Shown here one piece after another: positions 28,309-38,229 of a stretch of 64,000 bases of DNA. The DNA is taken from the NCBI GenBank assembly GCA_031364845.1, contig JANLWX010000028.1, positions 5,346-69,345 of the forward strand, read 5' to 3'. Position numbers and translations under genes: made by a program. Source of the DNA: Candidatus Eiseniibacteriota bacterium (lineage in GTDB: Bacteria > Eisenbacteria > RBG-16-71-46). How positions within the stretch are numbered: position 1 is the stretch's first letter; every line of letters starts with the position of its first letter. A model generated the notes under the pieces. It saw only the letters and a program-made list of their open reading frames with translations. It did no database searches and was not told where the DNA came from.

Positions 28309-29217
28309 CTATTTATGATAATGCGCATCCTTCTCACCGGCGTTGATCGCCACCGTGAGCAAATTCGTCTTCGGTGGAATCGGGCAATTGTAGTGGTCCG
28401 ACACGGCGCACGCGGGATTGTAGGCGTTGTTGAAGTCGAGCACCCAGCGTCCGTCGGGCAGTGCTTCGGGATCGACGTAGCGACCGACGTCGTAGGTCGT
28501 CTTGCCGGTGGTCGCGTCGCGGAAGAACACGCTCAAGCTCTTCTCGTCGACGCCGGGCTCGAGCAGCCGATTGGCTTCGAGTCGGCAGGGCTTCCCGTTC
28601 ACCTTGAAGTCGAACCAGCCGACCCGCACCGCGCGACGTTCGTTGCCACGCGTGGACTGGATGATCACGGTGTCGGCGGCGGGATTGGGTGTGAGCGCCA
28701 GCTCGTAGCGATACTTGAAGTCGACCGGGAACCACTCGAGCCCTTTGTAGCGGGCGAAGCCCGGGCTCTTCGGGTCGAACACGATGATCGCCGGGAAGCG
28801 CTGATGCGAGAGCCGCAGGGTGAAGCGGCCGACTCCGATCTGGCTCGGCGGCAGTGTGGCTTCCGTGCGCACTTCGTCCTTCACCTTGAAGGTTGCGCCG
28901 GGCTCCGCCGCGACGACGTGGAACGAGTCGCCTTCCACGATCACGCGCAGATGGTGGTTCGAGATCTCGGGATCGTCGATGCGCATGTCGTTGTGCTCGT
29001 CGCGGCCGACGGCCAGCATCGAGCGGTTGCCGAAATCGCGGCGCTGAACGGTCGCCAGATAGGACGTCGGCTTGGCCTTGAGAAACTCGAGAGTCTCCTC
29101 GCGGTCCTTGAGCGCTGCGGCCCGCAAGCTGTCGACCTGGGCAGGCGCGAGTTTGACCGGGGCCGCGGGGACGACACTGGTGGCAGCAACGACGGCGAGG
29201 GCGAGAAGGCTGATCAT
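28309..29217 (-). CDS. DUF1684-domain protein
   Basis: In frame with the 774-aa ORF 28309-30633, but only the last 302 aa look real. Start at MISLLALAVVAATSVVPAAPV. C-terminal 'YDVGRYVDPE...DFNNAYNPACAVSDHYNCPIPPKTNLL' is the DUF1684 signature. Confidence 0.8.
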   Translation of the reverse strand: MISLLALAVVAATSVVPAAPVKLAPAQVDSLRAAALKDREETLEFLKAKPTSYLATVQRRDFGNRSMLAVGRDEHNDMRIDDPEISNHHLRVIVEGDSFHVVAAEPGATFKVKDEVRTEATLPPSQIGVGRFTLRLSHQRFPAIIVFDPKSPGFARYKGLEWFPVDFKYRYELALTPNPAADTVIIQSTRGNERRAVRVGWFDFKVNGKPCRLEANRLLEPGVDEKSLSVFFRDATTGKTTYDVGRYVDPEALPDGRWVLDFNNAYNPACAVSDHYNCPIPPKTNLLTVAINAGEKDAHYHK

Positions 29218-29496
29218 GGGGCGCTTTCGTGGGTTGGGTGCGATGTTTCCGGGAGCTTTCGGGCGCGCGGCCGCGCCAATTATTTGCCGGGAGATGATAC
29301 CGCGCATCTTGCGGGTTGCGAACCCGCCCCCGAGTCCGGTAGCTTCCGCGTCGTCGGGTTGCAGAAGTTCCTTTAACGTGGCTCCGAGAGGCCGCAAAGG
29401 GGGAGTCTGATGAACGCTTCCGTCCTGTTGAATGCCCCGCCGTCCCCAAGCATCGAGGATGCGGGGATTTTTCATGCTCCGGCCGCGCCCCGTGTC

Positions 29497-30459
29497 ATGT
29501 CTTCGCATTTTCTGGGACTCGAGGGCATGCGGCGCGAGTCGATCGTCGAGCTGCTGGACGAAGCGGTGCGTTACCAGACGATGTTGAAGGCGGGCCGCGT
29601 CTCGGCGGAGCTGCGCGGGATGGCGGTGTGCCTCGCGTTCTTCGAGGACTCGACGCGCACGCGCGTGTCGTTCGATCTGGCGGCCCAGCGGCTCGGGGCG
29701 ATGCCGGTCACGCTGTTCCCTTCGGGCTCCTCGATGTCCAAGGGCGAGACGCTGCTCGACACGCTGACGACGGTGGTTTCGATGAACGTCGATCTCGTGG
29801 TCGTGCGCCACCAGTCGCCGGGAGCGCCGGCGTATCTCTCGCGCCATCTCGATGCGGGCGTGATCAACGCCGGCGATGGCGGGCACGAGCATCCGACGCA
29901 GGGGCTGCTCGATCTGCTCACCCTGCGCGAGGCGTGGCGCGGGCGATTCGAGAGCCGCCGCATCGCGATCATCGGCGACATCGCGCACTCGCGAGTGGCG
30001 CGCTCGGCGATCCATGGCCTGAAGGCGATGGGCGCGTCGGTGACCGTGGCCGGCCCTCGCACGCTGATGCCGGCCGGCATCGAAGCACTCGGGTGCACGG
30101 TCGCCGACACGGTCGAGGACGCGATGCGCGGCGCGGACGGCGTGATGGCGCTGCGCATCCAGCGCGAGCGCTGTACCCAGAGCCTGATTCCCTCGGCGGG
30201 CGAATACATGCGCCGGTTCGGCGTGACGGCGGCGCGGGTCGCACTGATGAAGCCGGAAGCCGTCGTGATGCACCCGGGCCCGTTCAATCGCGAGGTCGAG
30301 ATCGCCTCCGACGTGGTGGATGGGGCGCGCTCGGTGATCTGGCGCCAGGTCGAGAACGGCGCCGCGGTGCGGTGCGCGGTGCTGGCGCGCTGCGCGCGGG
30401 CGCGGCGTCCGGAGCGGACCGGGCTGACGTTCGATGTCGGGGAGGAGATCGCGACGTGA
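29497..30459 (+). CDS. pyrB: Aspartate carbamoyltransferase catalytic subunit
   Basis: 'STRTR', 'HPTQ' and 'HPGP' motifs. The N-terminus MSSHFLGLEGMRRESIVELL aligns with known PyrB N-termini, so ATG 29497 was preferred over the upstream Met at 29410. Confidence 0.9.
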   Translation: MSSHFLGLEGMRRESIVELLDEAVRYQTMLKAGRVSAELRGMAVCLAFFEDSTRTRVSFDLAAQRLGAMPVTLFPSGSSMSKGETLLDTLTTVVSMNVDLVVVRHQSPGAPAYLSRHLDAGVINAGDGGHEHPTQGLLDLLTLREAWRGRFESRRIAIIGDIAHSRVARSAIHGLKAMGASVTVAGPRTLMPAGIEALGCTVADTVEDAMRGADGVMALRIQRERCTQSLIPSAGEYMRRFGVTAARVALMKPEAVVMHPGPFNREVEIASDVVDGARSVIWRQVENGAAVRCAVLARCARARRPERTGLTFDVGEEIAT

Positions 30460-31802
30460 ACGCGATTCACATTCGCGACGCGCGCCACTGGCAGACCGGA
30501 GCGCCGTTGGAGCTGATCTGCGCGGGTAGTGTGATCGTCGCCGCCGGCGATGACGCCGCGGCATGGCTCGCCTCGGGCGCCGCGGCTGCGTTCGAGATCG
30601 ACACGCTCGATGCGGCGGGCGCCGTGCTCGCACCGGGGCTCGTCGATGTCCACGTGCATCTGCGCGAGCCTGGTCAGTCGGCGAAGGAGACGATCGCCAC
30701 CGGCACGCGCGCCGCGGCGGCGGGCGGATTCACCAGCATCATGTGCATGCCCAACACGAACCCGGTCGTCGATACGCCGGCCCAGGTGGAATGGGTGCTC
30801 CAGCGTGCGAAGGCCGCGGGCCACTGCCGCGTGCTCCCGATCGCGGCGGTCACCGTGGGCCAAAACGGTGAGCAGCTCACCGAGTTCCTTGCGCTGCGCG
30901 ACGCGGGTGCCGTGGCACTGAGCGACGACGGGCGTCCGGTGATGAGCGCGGCCGTGATGCGCCACGCGCTCGAGTACGCGACCCACGCCGGGCTCGCGAT
31001 CATCTGCCACGAAGAGGACCTCACGCTGCGCGGGGCGGGTCAGATGAACGAAGGCGCGGTCGCCACGCGGCTCGGTTACGCCGGCATTCCGAATGCGGCC
31101 GAGAGCGTGATGGTGCGGCGCGACTGCGATCTCGCGGCGCTGACCGGCGGACGCGCGCACTTCGCGCACCTCTCGTGCGCCGAGTCGCTCGATGGACTGC
31201 GCGACGGCAAGCGCCGCGGGCTCGGGGTGTCGGGCGAAACGTGTCCACACTACTGGACGCTCACGGACGATGCGGTGCCGGAGTTCGGCACGCAGGCCAA
31301 GATGAATCCGCCGCTGCGCACCGAGCGTGATCGCTGTGCGGTGATCGAGGCGATCGTCGACGGGACGCTCGACTGTTTCGCCACCGATCACGCGCCGCAC
31401 ACGGCACTCGAGAAGGACCAGCCGTTCGATGCGGCGCCGAACGGGATCGTCGGGCTCGAAACCGCACTCGCGCTCACGCTCACGCATCTCGTGCGGCCGG
31501 GCCACATCACGCTCACCCGCGCGCTCGAACTGTGGACCGATGCACCGCGGCGCCTGTTCGCGCTGCCGCCGGTCGAGTTGGCCGCGGGATTCCCGGCGGA
31601 TCTGGTGCTGATCGACCCGGACGAAGCGTGGGAGGTCGACCCGGAAGCCTTCGAATCGAAGGGCCGCAGCACGCCGTTCGCGGGCGCGCGAGTGACCGGG
31701 CGGGTGCAGGTGACGATCTGCGAGGGCCGGATCACGCATGCGCGGCCGCAGGCGCGGGCGGGCGGTCTGCGAACGACGATATCCGCGGGGGCGGCGGGCT
31801 GA
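30456..31802 (+). CDS. pyrC: Dihydroorotase
   Basis: GTG 30456 overlaps the pyrB stop (GTGA), with GGGGAGGAG upstream. 'VDVHVHLREPG' metal-binding HxH, 'FATDHAPH'. Confidence 0.9.
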   Translation: MNAIHIRDARHWQTGAPLELICAGSVIVAAGDDAAAWLASGAAAAFEIDTLDAAGAVLAPGLVDVHVHLREPGQSAKETIATGTRAAAAGGFTSIMCMPNTNPVVDTPAQVEWVLQRAKAAGHCRVLPIAAVTVGQNGEQLTEFLALRDAGAVALSDDGRPVMSAAVMRHALEYATHAGLAIICHEEDLTLRGAGQMNEGAVATRLGYAGIPNAAESVMVRRDCDLAALTGGRAHFAHLSCAESLDGLRDGKRRGLGVSGETCPHYWTLTDDAVPEFGTQAKMNPPLRTERDRCAVIEAIVDGTLDCFATDHAPHTALEKDQPFDAAPNGIVGLETALALTLTHLVRPGHITLTRALELWTDAPRRLFALPPVELAAGFPADLVLIDPDEAWEVDPEAFESKGRSTPFAGARVTGRVQVTICEGRITHARPQARAGGLRTTISAGAAG

Positions 31803-32082
31803 GTTTCGCGGTCGCGGCGCCTGCAAATCCTGCCGCGCAAAGATGATGGGGGCCGCCCGGGAACGACGATCTCGCCCGAGATTCGTAGGCGCCGGGAGCC
31901 GGGTGCTACCATGGCCACGCGGGCAGGCGAACAAAACGGGCCGGCCGGGGTATCAGATGTGGCGCTCCGGGCTAAGGCCCGGTGCCGGGCTCGCACACGA
32001 GGTTCAACGCCGCGATGACTTCGAGAAACTCCGGACGCGGCTGCACGTCCTGAACCTGACGGATCACAGGAGAAACCACCCG

Positions 32083-33957
32083 GTGCTGAACCTTCCGCTC
32101 CGGCGCGTGCGCGCGCTGCTGGCGTTCGCGCTGCTCGCCGCCACGGCGTCGTCGTGCGTGTACTACAACACCTTCTATCTGGCGCGGCGCTACTACGACC
32201 GCGGCACCGGCGGCGAGCCCTACACCGTCGACAAGGCGGGCGGCGGACAGGTCCAGGAGTTCGGCCGCTCGATCGAATATTCGAAGAAGGTGCTGTCGCA
32301 GTATCCCAAGTCCAAGTGGGTCGACGACGCCTATCTCCTGTGGGCGCGCTCGCTGCTCGGACAGGACGATCCGCTCCAGACCGTCAAGATGCTCGAAGCC
32401 TTCGACGGCCGCTTTCCGAAGAGTTCGCTGTCCGACGAAGCGCGTTTCTATCTGGGTGTCGCATATCGCCAGGCGCGCAAGTACCGGATCAGCGTGCGCA
32501 CGTTCGACGAGTTCCTCGAGAAGGCGCCCAAGCACGATCTCGCGCCGTACGCGTATCTCGAACGCGCCCGCGCGCTCGTGACGCTCAAGGAACCGGTCGA
32601 AGCCGCGGCCTCGGCGAGCCAGGTGCTCGAGCGATTTCCGAAGAGCAAGCTCGTCGATCGCGCGCGGATCGCGCGCGCCGACGCGCTGTTCGACGCGCAG
32701 CAGTTTCAGGCGGCGCGGCTCGACTATCAGGAACTGGGACGCCGCTCGCTGACCGACGAGGACCGGCTGCGCTATCTGTTGCGCGAGGTCGACTGTCTCG
32801 AAGCCGCACAGCAGTACGACACGGGGCTCGCGCTGCTCAAGGACGCCCTCTCGCACGAGCGCGAGCCGCTTCCGCCCGACACCACCGGCGGCAAGCCGGC
32901 GATCGTCCAGGCCACGCCAGGGTACGACCGTCATGGGCGGCTGCTGACGCGCATGGGCACCGTGCACCTGCGCCAGGGCAATCTCGACGAAGCGCTGTCC
33001 GCGTATCAGCGCGTGGTGCGCAACTATCCACGTGATCCGGTCGCGGCCGAGGCGCAGTACCGCACCGGCTACGCCTACGAGACGCTCGGTGACGACTTCG
33101 AGCGCGCGCGGCAGGAGTATCAGCGAGTGAAGGATCAGAGCGGGCAGGTCGGCTTCGGGCTGCAGGCAATCGACCGCCTGCGCACCCTCGATCGCATCGC
33201 CCAGTTCCGCAGCGCGGGCGGCGACTCCGCCGACCGGCGGGTCGAAGCGGCGTTCCTCACCGCAGAGCAGTATCTGTTCTCGGTCGAGAAGCCCGAGCGC
33301 GCGCTCGAGGAATACAAGAAGATCGCCGAGGAGAACGCGGGCACGCCCGCGGCGGCGAAGGCTCTGAATGCGCAGGCGTGGGTGCTGAGCCGCAAGCTCA
33401 ATCGCGCGGCAGAGGCGGATTCGCTGTTCTGGAACGTGGTGCACAACTTCCCGGCGACCGAAGCGCAACTCGCCGCGCGCGACTATCTCGAGATGTCGGG
33501 CAAATCGGTGCCCTCCGATCTCATCAAGCTGCCGGAGCCGCAGTACGCCGCGATGGACACCGCGATCATGTTGACGCAGCCACCCGACAGTTTGCCGGCG
33601 CTCGGCAAGCAGGTCGATTTCGGGCCCGTCGATTCGCTCGGCCTCAGGCCGTCGCCCGAGCCGATTCCGATGCCGCGCGAGTCGCGGCGGCCCTACGTGC
33701 CGGCCGATTCCGGTCCCGGATTCGCGGGCGACACGCCGGGACACGTCGCACCCGGTTCGACGGTGCGCGCACCCGAGCCGCCGCGCACCGGAGCGCGCAA
33801 GACGACTCCGCCGCCCGGTTCGCCCGCCGATTCGTTGCGGCGTGCGGCGTCGGCGGACTCCGTGCTGCGCAAGGCGGCATCTCCGGACTCCGTCTTGCGT
33901 GTCGCGCCCGTGCCCGTTCATCCGGTTCCCAGCGACTCGACGAGCGGAGACGAATGA
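32083..33957 (+). CDS. TPR-repeat outer-membrane lipoprotein (YbgF/BamD-like repeats) embedded in the pyr operon
   Basis: In frame with ORF 31738-33957. GTG 32083 is preceded by AGGAG at 10 nt and gives MLNLPLRRVRALLAFALLAATASSC (lipobox SSC). Multiple TPR-like helices. Pro/Ser-rich C-terminal tail. Confidence 0.7.
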   Translation: MLNLPLRRVRALLAFALLAATASSCVYYNTFYLARRYYDRGTGGEPYTVDKAGGGQVQEFGRSIEYSKKVLSQYPKSKWVDDAYLLWARSLLGQDDPLQTVKMLEAFDGRFPKSSLSDEARFYLGVAYRQARKYRISVRTFDEFLEKAPKHDLAPYAYLERARALVTLKEPVEAAASASQVLERFPKSKLVDRARIARADALFDAQQFQAARLDYQELGRRSLTDEDRLRYLLREVDCLEAAQQYDTGLALLKDALSHEREPLPPDTTGGKPAIVQATPGYDRHGRLLTRMGTVHLRQGNLDEALSAYQRVVRNYPRDPVAAEAQYRTGYAYETLGDDFERARQEYQRVKDQSGQVGFGLQAIDRLRTLDRIAQFRSAGGDSADRRVEAAFLTAEQYLFSVEKPERALEEYKKIAEENAGTPAAAKALNAQAWVLSRKLNRAAEADSLFWNVVHNFPATEAQLAARDYLEMSGKSVPSDLIKLPEPQYAAMDTAIMLTQPPDSLPALGKQVDFGPVDSLGLRPSPEPIPMPRESRRPYVPADSGPGFAGDTPGHVAPGSTVRAPEPPRTGARKTTPPPGSPADSLRRAASADSVLRKAASPDSVLRVAPVPVHPVPSDSTSGDE

Positions 33958-34856
33958 TGGCGACGGCCGCACTCGCGACTTCGTGGCGTCAGGCGACGGC
34001 CAGCGTTGCCGGTCAGGTGGAATACGGCGACGGGCACTGGTGGCTGGACCTCGATGTGCCCGCGCCATTCGAGCAGCCGGTGCCCGGGCAGTTCGTCCAA
34101 CTCCTGCTCGACGGAACCGAGACGGGATCGCTGCTGCCGCGCCCGATGAGTGTCGCCGGTGCCGCACCGATCGACGACGGATGGCGTGTGAGTTTCCTGT
34201 ACGCGCCGGTCGGGCAGGGCACGCGATCGCTCGCGCGACTGCGGGCGGGTGACCGCGTTGAAGCTCTGGGACCGTTGGGGCACGGGTTTCCGCTGGAGGC
34301 CCCGGGCACACCCGTGTTGATCGCGGGCGGACGTGGCGTGGCGCCGATGTTGTTCGCGGCGGATGTGCTGGCGCGTCAATCCGCCGCGGGGCCTCATCCG
34401 CGGCGGAGTCAGTTCGTGTTCGGAGCCCGGAGTGCGCAACAGCTCGTGGGCCTGGACGATGCGCGCGAGCGGCTGCAGCGCGCCGGTGGCGCGCTGTATA
34501 CGTGCACGGACGATGGGAGTCATGGGATGCATGGCAATGTATTGCAACTTCTCGCGAGAGAAGTTGCAGGCTTCGCCTCTCCGGTGGTGATCCACGCCTG
34601 CGGTCCGCACGGCATGCTGCGCGCGATCGCCGAGTGGGCGATCGCGCATGATGTACGCGCGCATCTGGCGATGGAGTCGGTCATGGCATGCGGCACCGGT
34701 GTGTGCCGCGGCTGCCCGCTGCCGCGCAGTGCGTCGGGTCGAAAAGCATGGACCAGTGCGATGCCGTCCCTGTTCGGCAACGCCGAGCACGCGATGTGCT
34801 GCACTGAAGGCCCGGTGTTCGAGGCGCGCGAACTCGACTGGGAGCACGTCGTTTGA
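33954..34856 (+). CDS. pyrK: Dihydroorotate dehydrogenase electron-transfer subunit (FAD/NAD-binding, 2Fe-2S)
   Basis: ATGA overlap with the upstream gene. 'LIAGGRGVAPM', C-terminal cluster 'CGTGVCRGC'. Confidence 0.85.
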   Translation: MMATAALATSWRQATASVAGQVEYGDGHWWLDLDVPAPFEQPVPGQFVQLLLDGTETGSLLPRPMSVAGAAPIDDGWRVSFLYAPVGQGTRSLARLRAGDRVEALGPLGHGFPLEAPGTPVLIAGGRGVAPMLFAADVLARQSAAGPHPRRSQFVFGARSAQQLVGLDDARERLQRAGGALYTCTDDGSHGMHGNVLQLLAREVAGFASPVVIHACGPHGMLRAIAEWAIAHDVRAHLAMESVMACGTGVCRGCPLPRSASGRKAWTSAMPSLFGNAEHAMCCTEGPVFEARELDWEHVV

Positions 34857-35944
34857 TGAACGCGATCGACGTGTCGATCGCGATTGGCGAGCTTCGGCTC
34901 GCCAATCCCATAATGGTGGCCTCCGGCACGTTCGGCTACGGCGACGAATACGCGCATGTCGTCGATCCGCGCACGCTCGGTGCTGTCGTGACCAAGACCG
35001 TGACGCTCAAACCGCGCGCGGGGAATCCGCCGACCCGGATCGCTGAGACCGCGGCGGGAATGCTGAATTCGATCGGACTCGAAAACGTCGGGCTGCAGAA
35101 GTTCCGCGCCGAGAAAGTGCCGAAGCTCGCGGGGCTCGGTGCGACGATCATCGCTTCGATCGGCGGGGATACGGCGTCGCACCTGGAGCGGTTGCTGTCC
35201 GCGCTCGCCGATGAATCGGCGATCGCAGGATTTGAAGTGAACTTCTCGTGCCCCAACGTTGCCAAAGGCGGAGCGCGTTACTGGACCGTGCCGCGGCGAC
35301 TCACGACCACGATGCGCCGCCTGCGCGCGATCACGAATAAGCCGCTGATCGCGAAGCTCTCGCCCGACGTGACCGCGATCTCGGAACTGGCGCGCGCATG
35401 CGAAGCCGGCGGTGCCGATGCACTGACCGCGACGAACACGTTCGTCGGCATGGCCGTTGATCTCTCGACCGGACGCTCCAAGTTGAACCGCGCGACCGGC
35501 GGGCTGTCGGGGCCCGCGGTGAAACCGTTGGCGCTCGCGCGCTGTTATGAGTGCGTGCAGGCCGTGCGGATTCCCGTGATCGGGTCCGGTGGGATCGTCA
35601 CCGGGCGCGATGTGCTCGAATTTCTGGCGGTCGGCGCCGCCGCGGTGCAGGTCGGGACGGCGTCGTTCCTGCGTCCGCGGGCTTCGGTCGATATCCTGGC
35701 CGAAATGCGAAGCATCTTGGCCGCCGCGGGGGCCGAGTCGATCGAAGCATGGCGTGAGCAGTTGATCGCGCGCGGCGCCGGACTGGCGCACGGGCTCGGA
35801 CCGTCGTTGGTTCAGCGGGCGGGGACGGCGGTGCGATCGGAATCGCGCGCCGATTCAAGTAACGGCGCGCACGCCACGAGTGGTGGTGAGCCCCGCGAGA
35901 TAGCGACGAGCGGCGCAAAGGCGGGAGAGTCCGAGCGCGGGTAG
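34856..35944 (+). CDS. pyrD: Dihydroorotate dehydrogenase catalytic subunit (class 1B)
   Basis: 'NPIMVASGTFGYGDEY', 'GLENVG', 'NFSCPN', 'GSGGIVTGRDVLEFLAVGA'. Start overlaps the pyrK stop. Low-complexity C-terminal tail. Confidence 0.9.
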   Translation: MNAIDVSIAIGELRLANPIMVASGTFGYGDEYAHVVDPRTLGAVVTKTVTLKPRAGNPPTRIAETAAGMLNSIGLENVGLQKFRAEKVPKLAGLGATIIASIGGDTASHLERLLSALADESAIAGFEVNFSCPNVAKGGARYWTVPRRLTTTMRRLRAITNKPLIAKLSPDVTAISELARACEAGGADALTATNTFVGMAVDLSTGRSKLNRATGGLSGPAVKPLALARCYECVQAVRIPVIGSGGIVTGRDVLEFLAVGAAAVQVGTASFLRPRASVDILAEMRSILAAAGAESIEAWREQLIARGAGLAHGLGPSLVQRAGTAVRSESRADSSNGAHATSGGEPREIATSGAKAGESERG

Positions 35945-36210
35945 CGCGACGGTCCGCGCGGCCAGTCGCCGCGTTGGGCCGCCGGACCGTGTCGCCCGCG
36001 ACCCCCCACAGGACGCAATTTAGTTGTTGACGGCTTCGCGAGCGCATCTTCGACAAACCCACCACGGCCTCCCATTCCGCGTCGCAATGCCCGGAGTTCC
36101 CGCGTTCGCGCGCTCAAGTCTTTCGATCGCGAAAAGTTCTCGCGACGCGTGCCGTGATGCAGCCTGCGTCGATCTCCGAGCGTCGAAAACCTGCAATGTA
36201 GAATCAACGC

Positions 36211-37452
36211 GTGTTCATCGCCCCCGCGACCGGATGCTTTGTCGTCACGCGCGGAGGGATCATGAGCAGGTACTTGCTTTGCCATCGGACCCATCAGGTT
36301 GTGCTTCAAGGTCTCGCGACGCTCGTCGCTCGAGGCTGCACGCACACGGCGGACCTCGTCGCCCACATTGGTGAAGTCGACAGCCGCAGGCTCTTCCTGC
36401 CGGCGGCACATCCTTCGATGTTCTCCTACTGTGTGAACGTGCTGCACTTCTCGGAGCAGGCGGCGTACAAGCGCATTCGTGTCGCGCGCATGGCGCGCAG
36501 GTTTCCCGCAATCTTCGACGCGCTCGCTGAGGGCCGCGTGCATCTGAGCGGCTTGTTCCTGCTCAAGGCATACATGTCCCGCCGCAACGCGGCGGAGCTT
36601 CTCGCGGCGGTGACGCACAAGAGTTGTCGTGAGATCGAGAAGGTTCTGGCGGAGCGATATCCGAAGGAGGACGTGGCGACGAGAGTGCGGGCTTTGCCGA
36701 ATTCGCGGGTGGTCGCGGCGGCACCTGTTGCCGGTCCGGATGCGGCCATCGTCGCGGAAACTCAAGAGCAACTGTCCGCGCGGACAGTCGCATCTTCGGT
36801 CCGCAGGACCGAAGAATGGGTGTCGCCTGGGGCTGACGCGAGTGCTGTTAAGGAGCCCGTCGCTGGGCTCGGACTGCTGACAGGCGAAGATTCTTCCGTC
36901 CTTCGGACCGAAGGGCGAAAGCCCGCGAAAGTCCAACCTCTCGCCCCGAAGCGCTACGCGCTTCAGTTGACGATGAGCCAGGAGCTGCACGACAAGCTGC
37001 GCCATGCGCAGGCGTTGCTCTCGCACACGTCGCCCTCAGGCGACGTGGCAGCCGTGCTCGAGCGCGCACTCGATCTGCTGATCACGAAGCTCGAGAAGAC
37101 GAAGTATGCAGCGACCGAGAACCCGCGCGCCATCAAAGCGAGCACCAGCGGAAAACCGCGACAGATCCCTGCCCACGTCAGAAGGGCCGTCCGCAAGCGC
37201 GACGGAGATCAGTGCACGTTCGTGAGCGACGACGGCCAGCGCTGTCCCGAGCGGCACTTTCTCGAATTCGATCACGTCAAACCCGTCTGCCGCGGTGGCG
37301 AAACCACGGCGGATGGCTTGCGCCTGAGATGCCGCGCGCACAATCATTACGAAGCGGAGAGATTACTTGGCGTTCTCTTCATGCAGCGCAAGCTGCATGA
37401 AGCACGGAGTCCACATCCGGTTCAAGAGCACGCAAGAGGAGTTCTTCCATGA
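36211..37452 (+). CDS. HNH endonuclease-domain protein (C-terminal HNH; N-terminal DUF222-like region), compositionally atypical
   Basis: C-terminal 'RRAVRKRDGDQCTFVSDDGQRCPERHFLEFDHVKPVCRGGETTADGLRLRCRAHNHYEAE' is a classic HNH. Start is GTG 36211 or ATG 36262 (GGAGGG upstream). GC and GC3 are visibly lower than the neighbours. The stop overlaps the pyrF start (ATGA). Confidence 0.75.
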   Translation: MFIAPATGCFVVTRGGIMSRYLLCHRTHQVVLQGLATLVARGCTHTADLVAHIGEVDSRRLFLPAAHPSMFSYCVNVLHFSEQAAYKRIRVARMARRFPAIFDALAEGRVHLSGLFLLKAYMSRRNAAELLAAVTHKSCREIEKVLAERYPKEDVATRVRALPNSRVVAAAPVAGPDAAIVAETQEQLSARTVASSVRRTEEWVSPGADASAVKEPVAGLGLLTGEDSSVLRTEGRKPAKVQPLAPKRYALQLTMSQELHDKLRHAQALLSHTSPSGDVAAVLERALDLLITKLEKTKYAATENPRAIKASTSGKPRQIPAHVRRAVRKRDGDQCTFVSDDGQRCPERHFLEFDHVKPVCRGGETTADGLRLRCRAHNHYEAERLLGVLFMQRKLHEARSPHPVQEHARGVLP

Positions 37453-38210
37453 ATAACCAAGAACCCTCCGCGCCTATCGGCGCGGGGCATGAAATTGCGA
37501 TCGCGTTCGACGTCGAAACGCTCGACCAGGCGCTCGCGCTCGATGAGCAACTCGGCGAGGGGCCGGAGTACGCGAAGGTCGGCCTGCAGCTGTTCACTTC
37601 AGCGGGCCCCGATGCGGTGCTCGCGCTGGTCGCGCGTCGTCGCCGTGTGTTCCTCGATCTCAAGCTGCACGACATCCCGAATACCGTGAGCGGAGCCGCT
37701 GCGGCCGCGGCACGGCTCGGTGTGCATCTGCTCACCGTTCACGCGGCGGGCGGGGAGGACATGATGCGCGCCGCGGTCGACGGTGTCGCGCGCGCCGGTG
37801 GTGAGACGCGCGTGGTCGCGGTCACGCTGCTGACGAGTCTCGATCCCGCGGCGATGCCGCCGGGATTCCCACGGCCCTTCGTGCTCGCGGAAGTGCAGGC
37901 CGAGATGCTCGCGGCGACCGAGCGCGCGGGGGCGCACGGAATCGTGTGCTCGGCGGCCGATCTTCCGGCGTTGCGCGAGCGGCATCCGGCGCCGTTCTAC
38001 TCCGTGACACCGGGCATCCGCCCCGCGGGCGGCGGTGTGCAGGATCAGAAGCGCGTCGCGACCATCACCGATGCGATCTCAGCAGGCGCCAGCCTGCTGG
38101 TGCTCGGCCGCGCGATCACTGCGGCGACCGATCCGCGCGCGGCGCTTGAAGAGGCGCGGAGTGAACGGGATCGGGCGTTGTCGGGAGTGCGTTCTTCGCA
38201 GCACGCGTAG
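37449..38210 (+). CDS. pyrF: Orotidine 5'-phosphate decarboxylase
   Basis: 'VFLDLKLHDIPNTV', 'LLTVHA', 'LLVLGRAI'. Confidence 0.9.
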   Translation: MNNQEPSAPIGAGHEIAIAFDVETLDQALALDEQLGEGPEYAKVGLQLFTSAGPDAVLALVARRRRVFLDLKLHDIPNTVSGAAAAAARLGVHLLTVHAAGGEDMMRAAVDGVARAGGETRVVAVTLLTSLDPAAMPPGFPRPFVLAEVQAEMLAATERAGAHGIVCSAADLPALRERHPAPFYSVTPGIRPAGGGVQDQKRVATITDAISAGASLLVLGRAITAATDPRAALEEARSERDRALSGVRSSQHA

Positions 38211-38229
38211 TTCGAACGGAGTTCGAACT
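38209..38229 (+). terminator. Hairpin overlapping the pyrF stop codon
   Basis: 'agttcgaac gga gttcgaact': 9-bp stem built from two copies of the palindrome GTTCGAAC. No U-tract. Confidence 0.25.

Noticed and set aside
28334-29449. 371-aa minus-strand ORF overlapping the DUF1684 gene in another frame
   Set aside because: R-rich junk translation. The DUF1684 frame (28309-29217) has clear family motifs and a signal peptide.
29217-30633. N-terminal 470-codon extension of the DUF1684 ORF
   Set aside because: The extension is Arg-rich nonsense and is antisense to pyrB. The real start is at MISLLALAVV (29217).
29571-31934. 787-aa minus-strand ORF
   Set aside because: Antisense to pyrB/pyrC.
31972-34311. 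779-aa minus-strand ORF
   Set aside because: Antisense to the TPR lipoprotein and pyrK genes.
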